64,000 bases of DNA. Source: an uncultured Planctomycetota bacterium. GTDB lineage: Bacteria > Planctomycetota > Planctomycetia > Isosphaerales > Isosphaeraceae. Positions 55,801 to 64,000 of this stretch are shown piece after piece. Below the pieces are notes generated by a model that did no database searches, had not been told where the DNA came from, and saw only the letters and a program-made list of their open reading frames with translations. The stretch's first letter is position 1, and every line of letters starts with the position of its first letter. The stretch spans positions 6,016,001 to 6,080,000 of the forward strand of contig CAVTTN010000002.1 in NCBI GenBank assembly GCA_963737655.1, written 5' to 3'. Made by a program: the position numbers and the translations under genes.

Positions 55801-58363
55801 CCTCGACGAGCGGATCGACGACCACCACGACCCTGGACAGCGAGTCGGAGAACTCGAGCATCAGCGAGTCGGGGAACTACGGGTTCTCCTCCGGCGATTC
55901 GGGGACGTACTCGACCTCCAACGGCTATTCGCAGACCAACGGCAACTATGCGGACAGCTCGGCCGAGTCCGACACCTGGTCGACCGGCGGGTCGGGCAGC
56001 TCGTCCTCCTCGGCCGTGACCTCGACGTCGTACAACTACCCGGGTTCGTACGGGTACAGCGGCGGAGGAGGCGGGGGCAGCAGCACCATCAGCGACTCGA
56101 CCTCGAGCTCGGGGTCCGGCAGCGAGAGCGGCGATTCGAGCCTGACGACGACCGACCAGGGCTCGTACACGGCCTCGGCCTCGCCCACGTCGTCCAGCCG
56201 GGTCAGCGACGGCCATAATTCGGCGTCCGAGACGCGGTCGGCCCAGGCCAGCTCCTCGGGCGGGGGGACGACCTCGCATTCGTCCTCGGCCACCAACGGA
56301 GGGGGGAGCAGCTCGTCGGGCTGGACCAGCACCGGGCAGACCACCGCCTCGGCGAACACCAGCTTCGCCTACCAGGAGGCCAGCACCTACCACTCCGGCG
56401 ACGCCAACGCCTCGACCAACGGCACCTTCTCCTCGAGCTCGGGGACGAACCAGGCGAGCACGTTCTCCGGGACGTATCAGAGCGGTTCGTCTTCCAACTA
56501 CAGCAGCTCCTACAGCGGGGGGAGCAGCTCCAGCAACAGCCAGAACTCGTTCAACGCCTCGATCGCGCAGACCGGGACGGTGAGCTCGACCTACAGCGAC
56601 TCCGGCACGTTCGGCTCGAGCTCGTCGGGGAGCTGGACGAACGGCTCGTTCAGCAAGACGAACCGCCAGGTCAGCTCGGCGGCGTACGGCGATACGTCCA
56701 CCTATCAGAGCTCGTCGCATTCGAGCGACTCCTCGTCGTCCGAGGACGACTCGGGGGGCGGCGACGCGAGCACCTCGCTGACCCAGCAGCTCACGACGAG
56801 CTCGCGGAACTCCGCCACCTACTCCCAGGGGCCGGGCGGCAGCACCAACAGCGGGAGCGACAGCCTCAGCCACACCGGCAGCAACACCTACGGGGCCACC
56901 GCCCACAGCCACGACTCCCAGGGCTGGAGCAGCGACGGCGCCACCGGGACGAGCACCAATTCCTACAGCCATTCCGAGGGCTCCAGCGCCGGGCATTCGG
57001 ACTCCGCGTCCGACTCGTTCACCAACGGCGCGAGCACCGGCGACAACGCCTCGACCGACGTCTCCTCGAAGAGCTACGTCACCGACGGCAGCGGGAGCTG
57101 GTCCTACTCCTCCAGCAACGACAGCGGCAGCGGGAGCTCCTCGAACCATTCCGAGGGCAACTACACCGGCACCGGCGGGAGCTCGGCCCACTACACCCCG
57201 ACCGGCTCCAGCGGCGACTTCAGCGAGGACGAGGACAGCACGCAGAGCTCCAACAGCTCGGACAACGGCACCTCCACCTCGATCAACCCGCCGTCGTTCG
57301 ACAGCTACATCTTCCAATCGACCTACAACGACCACTCGACGTACCAGGCCTCGGGCACCCTGAACAACAACACGCCCGACGGCACGTTCTCGCAGACCAC
57401 CAGCGGCCTGGCGACCTACTCCGGCGCCGGGGTCAGCGTGAGCCCGGCCGGGACGTTCCCCTGGTCGTTCTCCTTCGCGATCCCGCACTACAACGAGATC
57501 GACGGCAAGATCACGGCCGAGGGGCGGGAGGCCGGCGCGTCCTGGCTCGACGACCTCCAGACGATCCTGGACGTCGCCGGGATGATCCTCCCGTTCACCC
57601 CGGCGGCGGAGTTCGCCCCGGTCGTCGACGAGCTGAACGCCGGGATCTCGTTCCTCCGGGGCAACTACCAGGACGCGGCCCTGCGCGCGACCTTCGGCGC
57701 GATCCCGCTCCTGGGCAAGGCGGGCGGGGCGGCCCAACTGGCCGAGGACGGGAGCAAGATCACCTCGGGCCTGGCGAACCTCGGCGAGAAGCTCGCGCCG
57801 ATCGGCCAGGCGGGCCGCGTGATCCTCGGCGGGGTCGGCATCTACTCCGGCCTCGGCGACATCCGCGAGGGCCTGACCCGCGTGGGCGAAGGCGACTGGA
57901 TGGGCCTCTGGCAGGTCGCCCGCGGCACTCTGGCGCCTACCACGGCATCAGCTCGATCGCCCACGTGACCAACGAGATCGGCCTGTTCAACCTCTGCGGG
58001 ACCCCCCTGGGCGACGCCTTCGGCATCGGCAACTGCTTCGTGGCCGGCACCCGAGTCGTCCTGGCCGACGACTCCGAGACGGTCCTGCTCGCCGCCCTCC
58101 CCGGCCTGGACGCCGACGCCGACGCCGACCTCCAGGCCGACCTCCTCGAAACCGTCCGGGTGCCGCTGGGGATCACCTGCGTCGTCCTCGGCGCGGGCCT
58201 CGGCGGCCTCTGGCTCTACCGGGACCTCCAGGAGAGGCGACGACGCCGGAGGGCCCTGTTCCTCGACCTCGCCATCGACGACCACTTCGGCCCGGACGAC
58301 CCGGACGACCCGACCCTCGACGACCTCGCCGCCGAGCCTCGCGGCCTCCTCGGCATCGCCTGA
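49876..58363 (+). CDS. Giant polymorphic-toxin carrier (~2800 aa): leader, nine Ig-like repeats, Ser/Thr/Gly-rich region, pre-toxin helices, Hint N-fragment, TM anchor (frameshifts near 50380, 50545, 50650, 55740, 57930)
   Basis: VDRLEDRTVP leader; ~105-aa repeats DTGxSxxDxITxDP...DxNGDG...W.SFTL; S/T/G/D/Y-rich tract ~53050-57450; LDVAGMILP...DELNAGISFLRGNY...AIPLLG; GN/CFVAGTRV at 58034; TM followed by RRRRRR. Confidence 0.82.
49995..53010 (+). repeat. Nine tandem ~315-bp coding repeats (Ig-like, DxNGDG loop)
   Basis: Recurring aacggcgacggc and ttcaccctg landmarks; the ninth copy has a Gly-rich insertion. Confidence 0.8.
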
Positions 58364-58423
58364 CGTCGTCCCGCCCGATCTCACGGACCCTCCGACATCG
58401 CACACCCCACCGAGGTGAGGACC

Positions 58424-59646
58424 ATGAAGACGCACACGACCCCCCGACGGCCCGGCGGCCTCTGGCTGGCGATCGGCTCCTTCGTCCTGACGGCGGCGGG
58501 CCTGGGGCTGCTCGCCCGGCCGGCGGCGCGGCCCGCCCCGGATCGCCCGAAGCTCGTCGGGCTGGCCCACCGGCCCGGTGCGGCCGAGGCGACCCCGCGG
58601 ACGCTGGACATCCAGTCGATCGCGCTGGGCCAGAGGGTCGTCGGCTCGAACCCCGAGCGCGACGCCTCCGCCCTGGAGGAGGCCGAGCCCGAGCCGTCCT
58701 CGTGGCGGGCCGTCCGGCTGAGGATGACCAAGGCGACCGGCAAGAGGCTCGACATCGCCCTGCTCCGGCCCCTCGAATGGCTCCGCTCGCGAGAGGCCCG
58801 GGTCGGCCGGACCGTCGAGCTGAACCTCCGGGAGCTCGGCGCGGCGGGCAAGGCGGAAGTCCTGGCGATCGAGCCGTGCCCGGAGATCCGGCCGGGGACC
58901 GGCCACGTCGTCACCGGCACCTTCGCCCACGAGCCCGACAACCGGCTCCTCAACGTCCGGGTCGAGGGCCAGGACGAGCCGATCGGCTGCACCGACAACC
59001 ACCCGTTCTGGTCCGAGGATCGAGGCCGGTTCCTCAAGGCGGGCGAGCTCCGGGCCGGGGACCGCGTCCGGACGCTCGCCGGGACCCGGAAAGTCGAGGC
59101 GGTCTCGCCCCGCCCGGCCGAGGCCCTGGTCTACAACATCGAGGTCCAGGCCGAGCACGTCTACCTCGTCTCCAACGCCGGGGTCCTCGTCCACAATGCC
59201 TACAACGAGGAGACCATCGAGGAGACCGAGGAGAACCGGGGCCTGACGTGGACCACGGAGAACACCGGCAAGGAGAGCCAGGCGAAGGCTTGGGAGGACG
59301 GGGCCACCGGGGCGAGGTATCGCATCTCCGACCACATGCGAGAAGTCCCGGCCTTGCGCTACGACAACGCCAACCCGCGCGGCAATAATTACGCCCGCTT
59401 CGATGGGTGGGGCCGGAGGAGCCCAACACGCTCATCGATCGGAAGTGGAACGTGACGACCAAGTCGGGGCAGGTCGCCAAATTCAGGAGCGGGCCCCTTG
59501 AAGCCCTCAGCCAGAACCCGGAATATCGTCTGAGGCTCGAGGTCCCGACGAACCGGGCGGCGACCGACGCCCGCCGGCTCCTCCGCTACGCGACCGGCAT
59601 GGATTCGCACCCTCAGATCGACATCGTGGTCGTCCCCCAAGAATGA
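58424..59646 (+). CDS. Membrane-anchored Hint C-fragment fused to a PD-(D/E)xK (restriction-endonuclease fold) toxin domain (frameshift near 59410)
   Basis: GAGGTG RBS; N-terminal TM LWLAIGSFVLTAAGLGLLA; IQSIALGQRV, CTDNHPFWS, VYNIEVQAEHVYLVSNAGVLVHN/A; then RFDG...LIDRK...LEVP. Confidence 0.85.
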
Positions 59647-60329
59647 GCAAGGACAATCGAAGGATCTGGCTGGTCCTGCACTCGCGAGCCGAGGAGTCCG
59701 ACCCGGTCGAGCGGAAGCACGCCCGCTTCTTCGAGGGCTGCGAGTCCCTGCCCGCCCCCTGGGGCCCGGGGGGCCGCCCCTACCCCCCGGTCCCGCCCTT
59801 CTTGGGCGGGTCGACGGCGATCCTCTCCTGGACCAAATACCTCGGGGGGATCGCTCGACGGGCCCTGATCAGCTATCGATACCGGAGGCTTCTCCGGGAC
59901 GACGGACTCTCCGACGACTTAGTGACCATCGTCTTGGCGGCCTCCAGGATCGACTGGGATCTCCTCGCCAAGGCCGTGATCCCGACTTATCTGAGGGCCT
60001 TCGACGCCTATCTCGTGGAGGTGTTCGACGAATCCTCCTTCACCGAATCCGGAGGGAACTCCCGGGAGGCCTTCAATCCTCGCTCCGAGGTCCGAAAGCT
60101 TCGCATCATCAACTATTTCGATGCAGAACTCTGCCGGCGCACCTTCAAGGCCTCGCCCGGATCGCTCCTCCTCCTGGTCACGGACAAGGCGGCTCACGCC
60201 GAAATCATCAACGATGGCCTCTACCTGATCCCGGCCGATCCCGGCTCGCCCCCGGACCTGATCGACGGCGCGTGCCAGGCCTGTTACGAGGCCCTGATCG
60301 GGACGAATCCTCGAACGCGACTCGGATGA
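59643..60329 (+). CDS. Putative cognate immunity protein
   Basis: ATGA overlap with the toxin stop; 228 aa, no signal peptide, no recognisable enzyme motif. Confidence 0.75.
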   Translation: MSKDNRRIWLVLHSRAEESDPVERKHARFFEGCESLPAPWGPGGRPYPPVPPFLGGSTAILSWTKYLGGIARRALISYRYRRLLRDDGLSDDLVTIVLAASRIDWDLLAKAVIPTYLRAFDAYLVEVFDESSFTESGGNSREAFNPRSEVRKLRIINYFDAELCRRTFKASPGSLLLLVTDKAAHAEIINDGLYLIPADPGSPPDLIDGACQACYEALIGTNPRTRLG

Positions 60330-60470
60330 TCTCCCGACTCGGCGGCGTCTCTCGATCGAGAAGTGCCTCATGGATCTGCCCGAGGGATCGTCGCGCGATC
60401 GATGAGCGGCGGCAATCGCATCGAGGCCCGCCGATCCTCGCCCCCATCCCCTTGAGGACTGGAACTCCGG

Positions 60471-62610
60471 ATGGACCGCCACCACCCGATTCCGACCGGA
60501 CCTCCGGGCCACGCGCCCGCCGGTTCCGCTCCCGACCCCCCCGCCCTGAACGACCTGGGGCTTCGCCTCGGCGAGGCCGGACGGCTTGACGAGGCGGAGG
60601 CGGCGCTTCGGGGGGCGATCTCGGCCGACCCGACGTACCCCGAGGCGTGGAACAACCTGGGGATCATCCTGGCCCGGACTCGCCGGCCGGATGAGGCGGT
60701 CCGGGCCTTCCGCGAGGCGCTCTGCCTTCGCCCGAACTATGCCGAGGCCCTGAGCAACCTGGGCCTGACCCGGGCCCGGCTCGGCCAGCCGGAAGAGGCC
60801 GTCGGCTGCTATCGCGAGGCCATCCGGCTGAAGCCCGACTACCCGCAGGCGCTGACGAACCTGGGGATCGCCCTCGTCGGCCTGGGCCGCGCGGAGGAGG
60901 CCGTCGAGGCCCATCGCCGGGCGATCCGGCTCGCGCCCGGAATCCCGAGGCCCACAGCTCCCTGGGCCTGGCCCTGGGGCGGCTCGGGCGGAAAGACGAG
61001 GCCGAGGCGAGCTTTCGCGAGGCGATCCGCCTCCGTCCCGAGTCCACCGAGCCCCGGAACAACCTGGCGAACCTGCTCGCCTCCCGGGGCCGCCGAGACG
61101 AGGCGATCGCGCTCTATCGCGAGGCGATCCGCCTCCGCCCGTCGTATGCCGAGGCGCACAACAACCTCGGCAACGCCCTGGTCGAGGCCGGCTTGCCCGG
61201 CGAGGCGATCGGTCATTACGAGGCCGCCCTGGAGATCCAGCCGGAGTATCCCGAGGCGCACAACAACCTCGGCAACGCCCTGGCCGAGCGAGGGCTCCAC
61301 CACGACGCCATCGCCCGATACCGCCGGGCCCTGGAGATCCGCCCGAGGTACGCCGAGGCCAGGAACAACCTGGGCAACGCCCTGAGGGACCTGGGCCGGC
61401 TGGAGGAGGCGATCCCCGAGTTCCGCCGGGCCCTGGAGCTCCGCCCGAACTATCCCGAGGCGCACAACAACCTGGGCAACACGCTCCGCGGCCTCGGGCG
61501 GCTGGACGAGGCGATGGCGTCGTTCGCGGAGGCCCTCCGGCTCCGCCCGGACTATGCCGACGCGATCAGCAATCGCGGGATCGCGCACGTCGAGAGGGGC
61601 GACCTCGATCGGGCGTCCGAGGACTTCGAGCAGGCCATCCGGCTCCGCCCCGACTTCGCCGATGCTCACATGAATCGGGCCCTGACCTGGTTGACCCGGG
61701 GCGACCATGCCCGGGGCTGGGCCGAGTACGAATGGCGGTGGAAGGTCCGGGCGCCGCCCCCCGCCGCGACCCGGCCACGGAGTGGGACGGCTCCCCCCTG
61801 GAGGGGCGGACGATCCTCCTCCACACCGAGCAGGGCCTCGGCGACGCGATCCAGTTCATCCGGTTCGCGGCGAGCGTCCGCGACCGGGGCGGGCGGGTCC
61901 TCGTCGAATGCCCGAAGGGGCTGGTCCCCCTGCTCGGGAGCTGCCCGGGGATCGCGGGGCTGGTCGCCCGGGGCGAGGAGGCGCCGCCGTTCGACGTCCA
62001 CGCCCCGTTGCTCGGCCTGCCCCGCCTGCTGGGGACGACGCTCGCCAACCTCCCGAGGGCCGTCCCCTACCTCTCGGCCGATCCGGCGGCCGTCGCCCGA
62101 TGGGGCGAGGAGCTGGCGCTCGATCGCTCGTGGAAGGTCGGGATCGCCTGGCAGGGGAACCCGCGATTCAAGGCGGACCGGCACCGCTCGATCCCCCTGG
62201 CCCGCTTCGCGCCCCTGGCCGCGGTGCCCGGGGTCCGGCTCTACGGGCTCCAGAAGGGGCCGGGGACCGAGCAGATCGCCCCGGCCTCGGCGACGGTCCC
62301 CCTGGTGGACCTCGGCGCCCGGCTGGACGAGGCCGGGGCGACCTTCGCCGACACCTCGGCCGTGATGAGGCATCTGGATCTGATCGTGACCTCCGACACC
62401 TCGATCGCCCACCTCGCCGGCGCCCTGGGCGTGCCGGTCTGGGTGGCCCTCGGGGCGTCCGCGGACTGGCGATGGCTCCTCGGCCGGGAGGATTGCCCGT
62501 GGTACCCGACCATGCGCCTCTTCCGCCAATCCCGCCCCGGCGACTGGGCCGAGGTCCTGGCCCGGATCGCCGACGAGGTGCGCCGGATGGCCCCGCGCCG
62601 GGCTCCGTGA
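60471..62610 (+). CDS. TPR-repeat protein with C-terminal GT-B (GT9-like) glycosyltransferase domain (frameshifts near 60955, 61760)
   Basis: About 11 PxYxEAxNNLG TPR units; GWAEYEWRW; EQGLGDAIQFIRF; VGIAWQGN; LDLIVTSDTSIAHLAGALG; DWRW...PWYPTMRLFRQ. Confidence 0.9.
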
Positions 62611-62980
62611 CGGTGGAGGTCGGCTTCGGCGAGCTCCTGGACAAGATCAGCATCCTCGCCATCAAGTCCGAGAGGATCGCCGACCCGGAGAAGCGTCGGC
62701 ACGTCCTCGCCGAACTCGCGACCCTGGAAGAGGCCCGCGACCGCTCGATCGCCCGGACCGAGCAGGGCGCGCGCTCGAAGGCGAGCTGAAGCGGGTCAAC
62801 GAAGGGCTCTGGGAGATCGAGGAGGCCATCCGCGGGGCCGAGGCCGAGGGGGATTTCGGGGCCCGCTTCATCGACCTGGCCCGCTCGGTCTATCGCCGCA
62901 ACGACGAGCGCGCCGGCCTGAAACGCCTCCTCAACGAGCACTACCGCTCCGGCCTGGTCGAGGAGAAATCGTATTGCTGA
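62607..62980 (+). CDS. DUF6165-like protein (frameshift near 62770; may be fused to the TPR-glycosyltransferase)
   Basis: VEVGFGELLDKISILAIKSERI...LKRVNEGLWEIEEAIR...DFGARFIDLARSVYRRNDERAGLKR...LVEEKSY. Confidence 0.8.
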
Positions 62981-63309
62981 GCCGGCCGGCCGGCCCGGAC
63001 CTCCCGACCCGGCCTCGCCCCCGAGGCCGCTCGCGCGACCTCCGCGGAAGAGGGGAGCCGGGCGGCGATGACCTGAATAGAGTTGAAAATTTGATTTGTT
63101 GATGTGAGGCGGCTCCCAAAGAATTGCGCGAGTCGGGGTCCGCTCCTCCGACGGGAACGACGGACCGGCCCTGCCCCGCCGGGAGGCCCGCCTCGCTTTT
63201 CCCCGTCCTCGGCGATAAGTTGATGGGATTCTCGCCGCGCGTTCGTTGAGGGCGCGAGGCCGCCGAGGGCGGCGTTGAGGCATCCTGGGGCACGGGTGGA
63301 CCTGTCGAT

Positions 63310-64000
63310 ATGAATGGCACTCGCAGCCGGAGGCGGATGACGGGCCTCGTCCTTCTCGCCCCGATCGTCGCGATCGTCCCCGCCGCTCGTGCGGACGACC
63401 CGCCGGCCCTCCTGGCGAAGGCCGCGACCGAATTCGCCGGCGAGGCCCGGCCTCTCCTGGCGAAATACTGCCTGAAGTGCCACTCAACCAAGGCGATGGA
63501 AGGCGAGCTCGACCTGGAGCGGTTCGGCTCGCTCGGCGACGTCCGCAAGGCCACGGCCGTCTGGCTGAAGGTCGGCGAGATGCTCGACAACGGCGAGATG
63601 CCGCCGAAGGAGGCGAAGCGGATGCCCGCCGCCGACCGCCAGGCGCTGCGAGACTGGCTGACCCGCTACCTCCGGGCCGAGGCCCTGGCCGGCGCGGGCG
63701 ACCCCGGGCCCGTCGTCCTTCGTCGATTGAGCAATGCTCAATACACATATACCTTGCGAGACCTCACCGGCGTCCCGCTCGACCCGGCCCGCGAGTTCCC
63801 CGTCGATGGCGCGGCCGGCGAGGGGTTCACCAACACGGGCAATGCCCTGGTGATGTCGCCGGCGCTGCTGGCGAAGTATTTCGACGCCGCCAAGGGCGTG
63901 GCCGATCACGCCGTCCCCCTGCCCGACGGCCTGCGGTTCTCCGCCGGTCCCACCCGCCGGGACTGGACCGATGAGACCGTCGGCCGCATCCGCTCGGCCT
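63310..64000 (+). CDS. Planctomycete cytochrome c / DUF1587-DUF1592 family protein, N-terminal part
   Basis: Manual translation: signal peptide, RPLLAKYCLKCHS, GEMPP, GDPGPVVLRRLSNAQYTYTLRDLTG, FPVDGAAGEGFTN; runs off the window. Confidence 0.9.
   Translation, partial: MNGTRSRRRMTGLVLLAPIVAIVPAARADDPPALLAKAATEFAGEARPLLAKYCLKCHSTKAMEGELDLERFGSLGDVRKATAVWLKVGEMLDNGEMPPKEAKRMPAADRQALRDWLTRYLRAEALAGAGDPGPVVLRRLSNAQYTYTLRDLTGVPLDPAREFPVDGAAGEGFTNTGNALVMSPALLAKYFDAAKGVADHAVPLPDGLRFSAGPTRRDWTDETVGRIRSA

Noticed and set aside
50605..57737. Very long antisense ORFs (1563 aa and 682 aa), and similar ones at 11945-15055, 18447-20975 and 47186-49855
   Set aside because: Arg/Gly/Val-rich shadows of real high-GC genes on the opposite strand; no domain motifs.
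58361..58363. In-frame TGA as a selenocysteine codon
   Set aside because: Not at a catalytic Cys position, no convincing SECIS hairpin downstream, and a good RBS + ATG follows 60 nt later.
6600..62800. Numerous frameshifts (LRR, DUF1501, DUF1553, kinase, both giant multi-ORF proteins, HNH, FGE, MFS, toxin, TPR-GT) as programmed frameshifting or mass pseudogenisation
   Set aside because: They are 1-2 nt indels, mostly in G/C runs, scattered over unrelated genes with intact motifs on both sides and no accompanying nonsense decay; best explained by long-read assembly error. Read polishing would confirm.

Overview
High-GC bacterial DNA with a planctomycete (probably Isosphaeraceae-like) signature: DUF1501 and DUF1549/DUF1553 cytochrome-c genes, two ECF sigma / Ser-Thr kinase pairs, and giant secreted proteins with the 'LExLExR' N-terminal motif. 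About a dozen genes carry 1-2 nt frameshifts, most likely long-read indel errors, so split ORFs are joined below. In order: partial kinase and ECF sigma with a divergent oxidative-stress cluster; an IS630-derived element whose transposase middle is replaced by an LRR gene; DUF1501/DUF1553; two large secreted proteins around a second ECF/kinase pair; TPR protein, hemA, CcsA-like gene; small-protein/HNH pair; FGE-domain protein; a putative nuclease with two cyclic-phosphate receiver-like genes; DinB; a precursor/subtilase/propeptide-like triad; a desaturase; a PG-binding/beta-strand protein; a fructan utilisation operon with its GntR-LacI regulator; an ABC-2 permease; and a ~13 kb polymorphic-toxin locus. 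The best candidate for an undescribed system is in that locus. Its Hint (intein-like) domain is split between two genes, each half with its own membrane anchor: the giant carrier ends in Hint-N + TM, and a separate TM + Hint-C + PD-(D/E)xK toxin gene follows, then an immunity gene and a TPR-glycosyltransferase. All family calls come from motif recognition by eye, not database searches.
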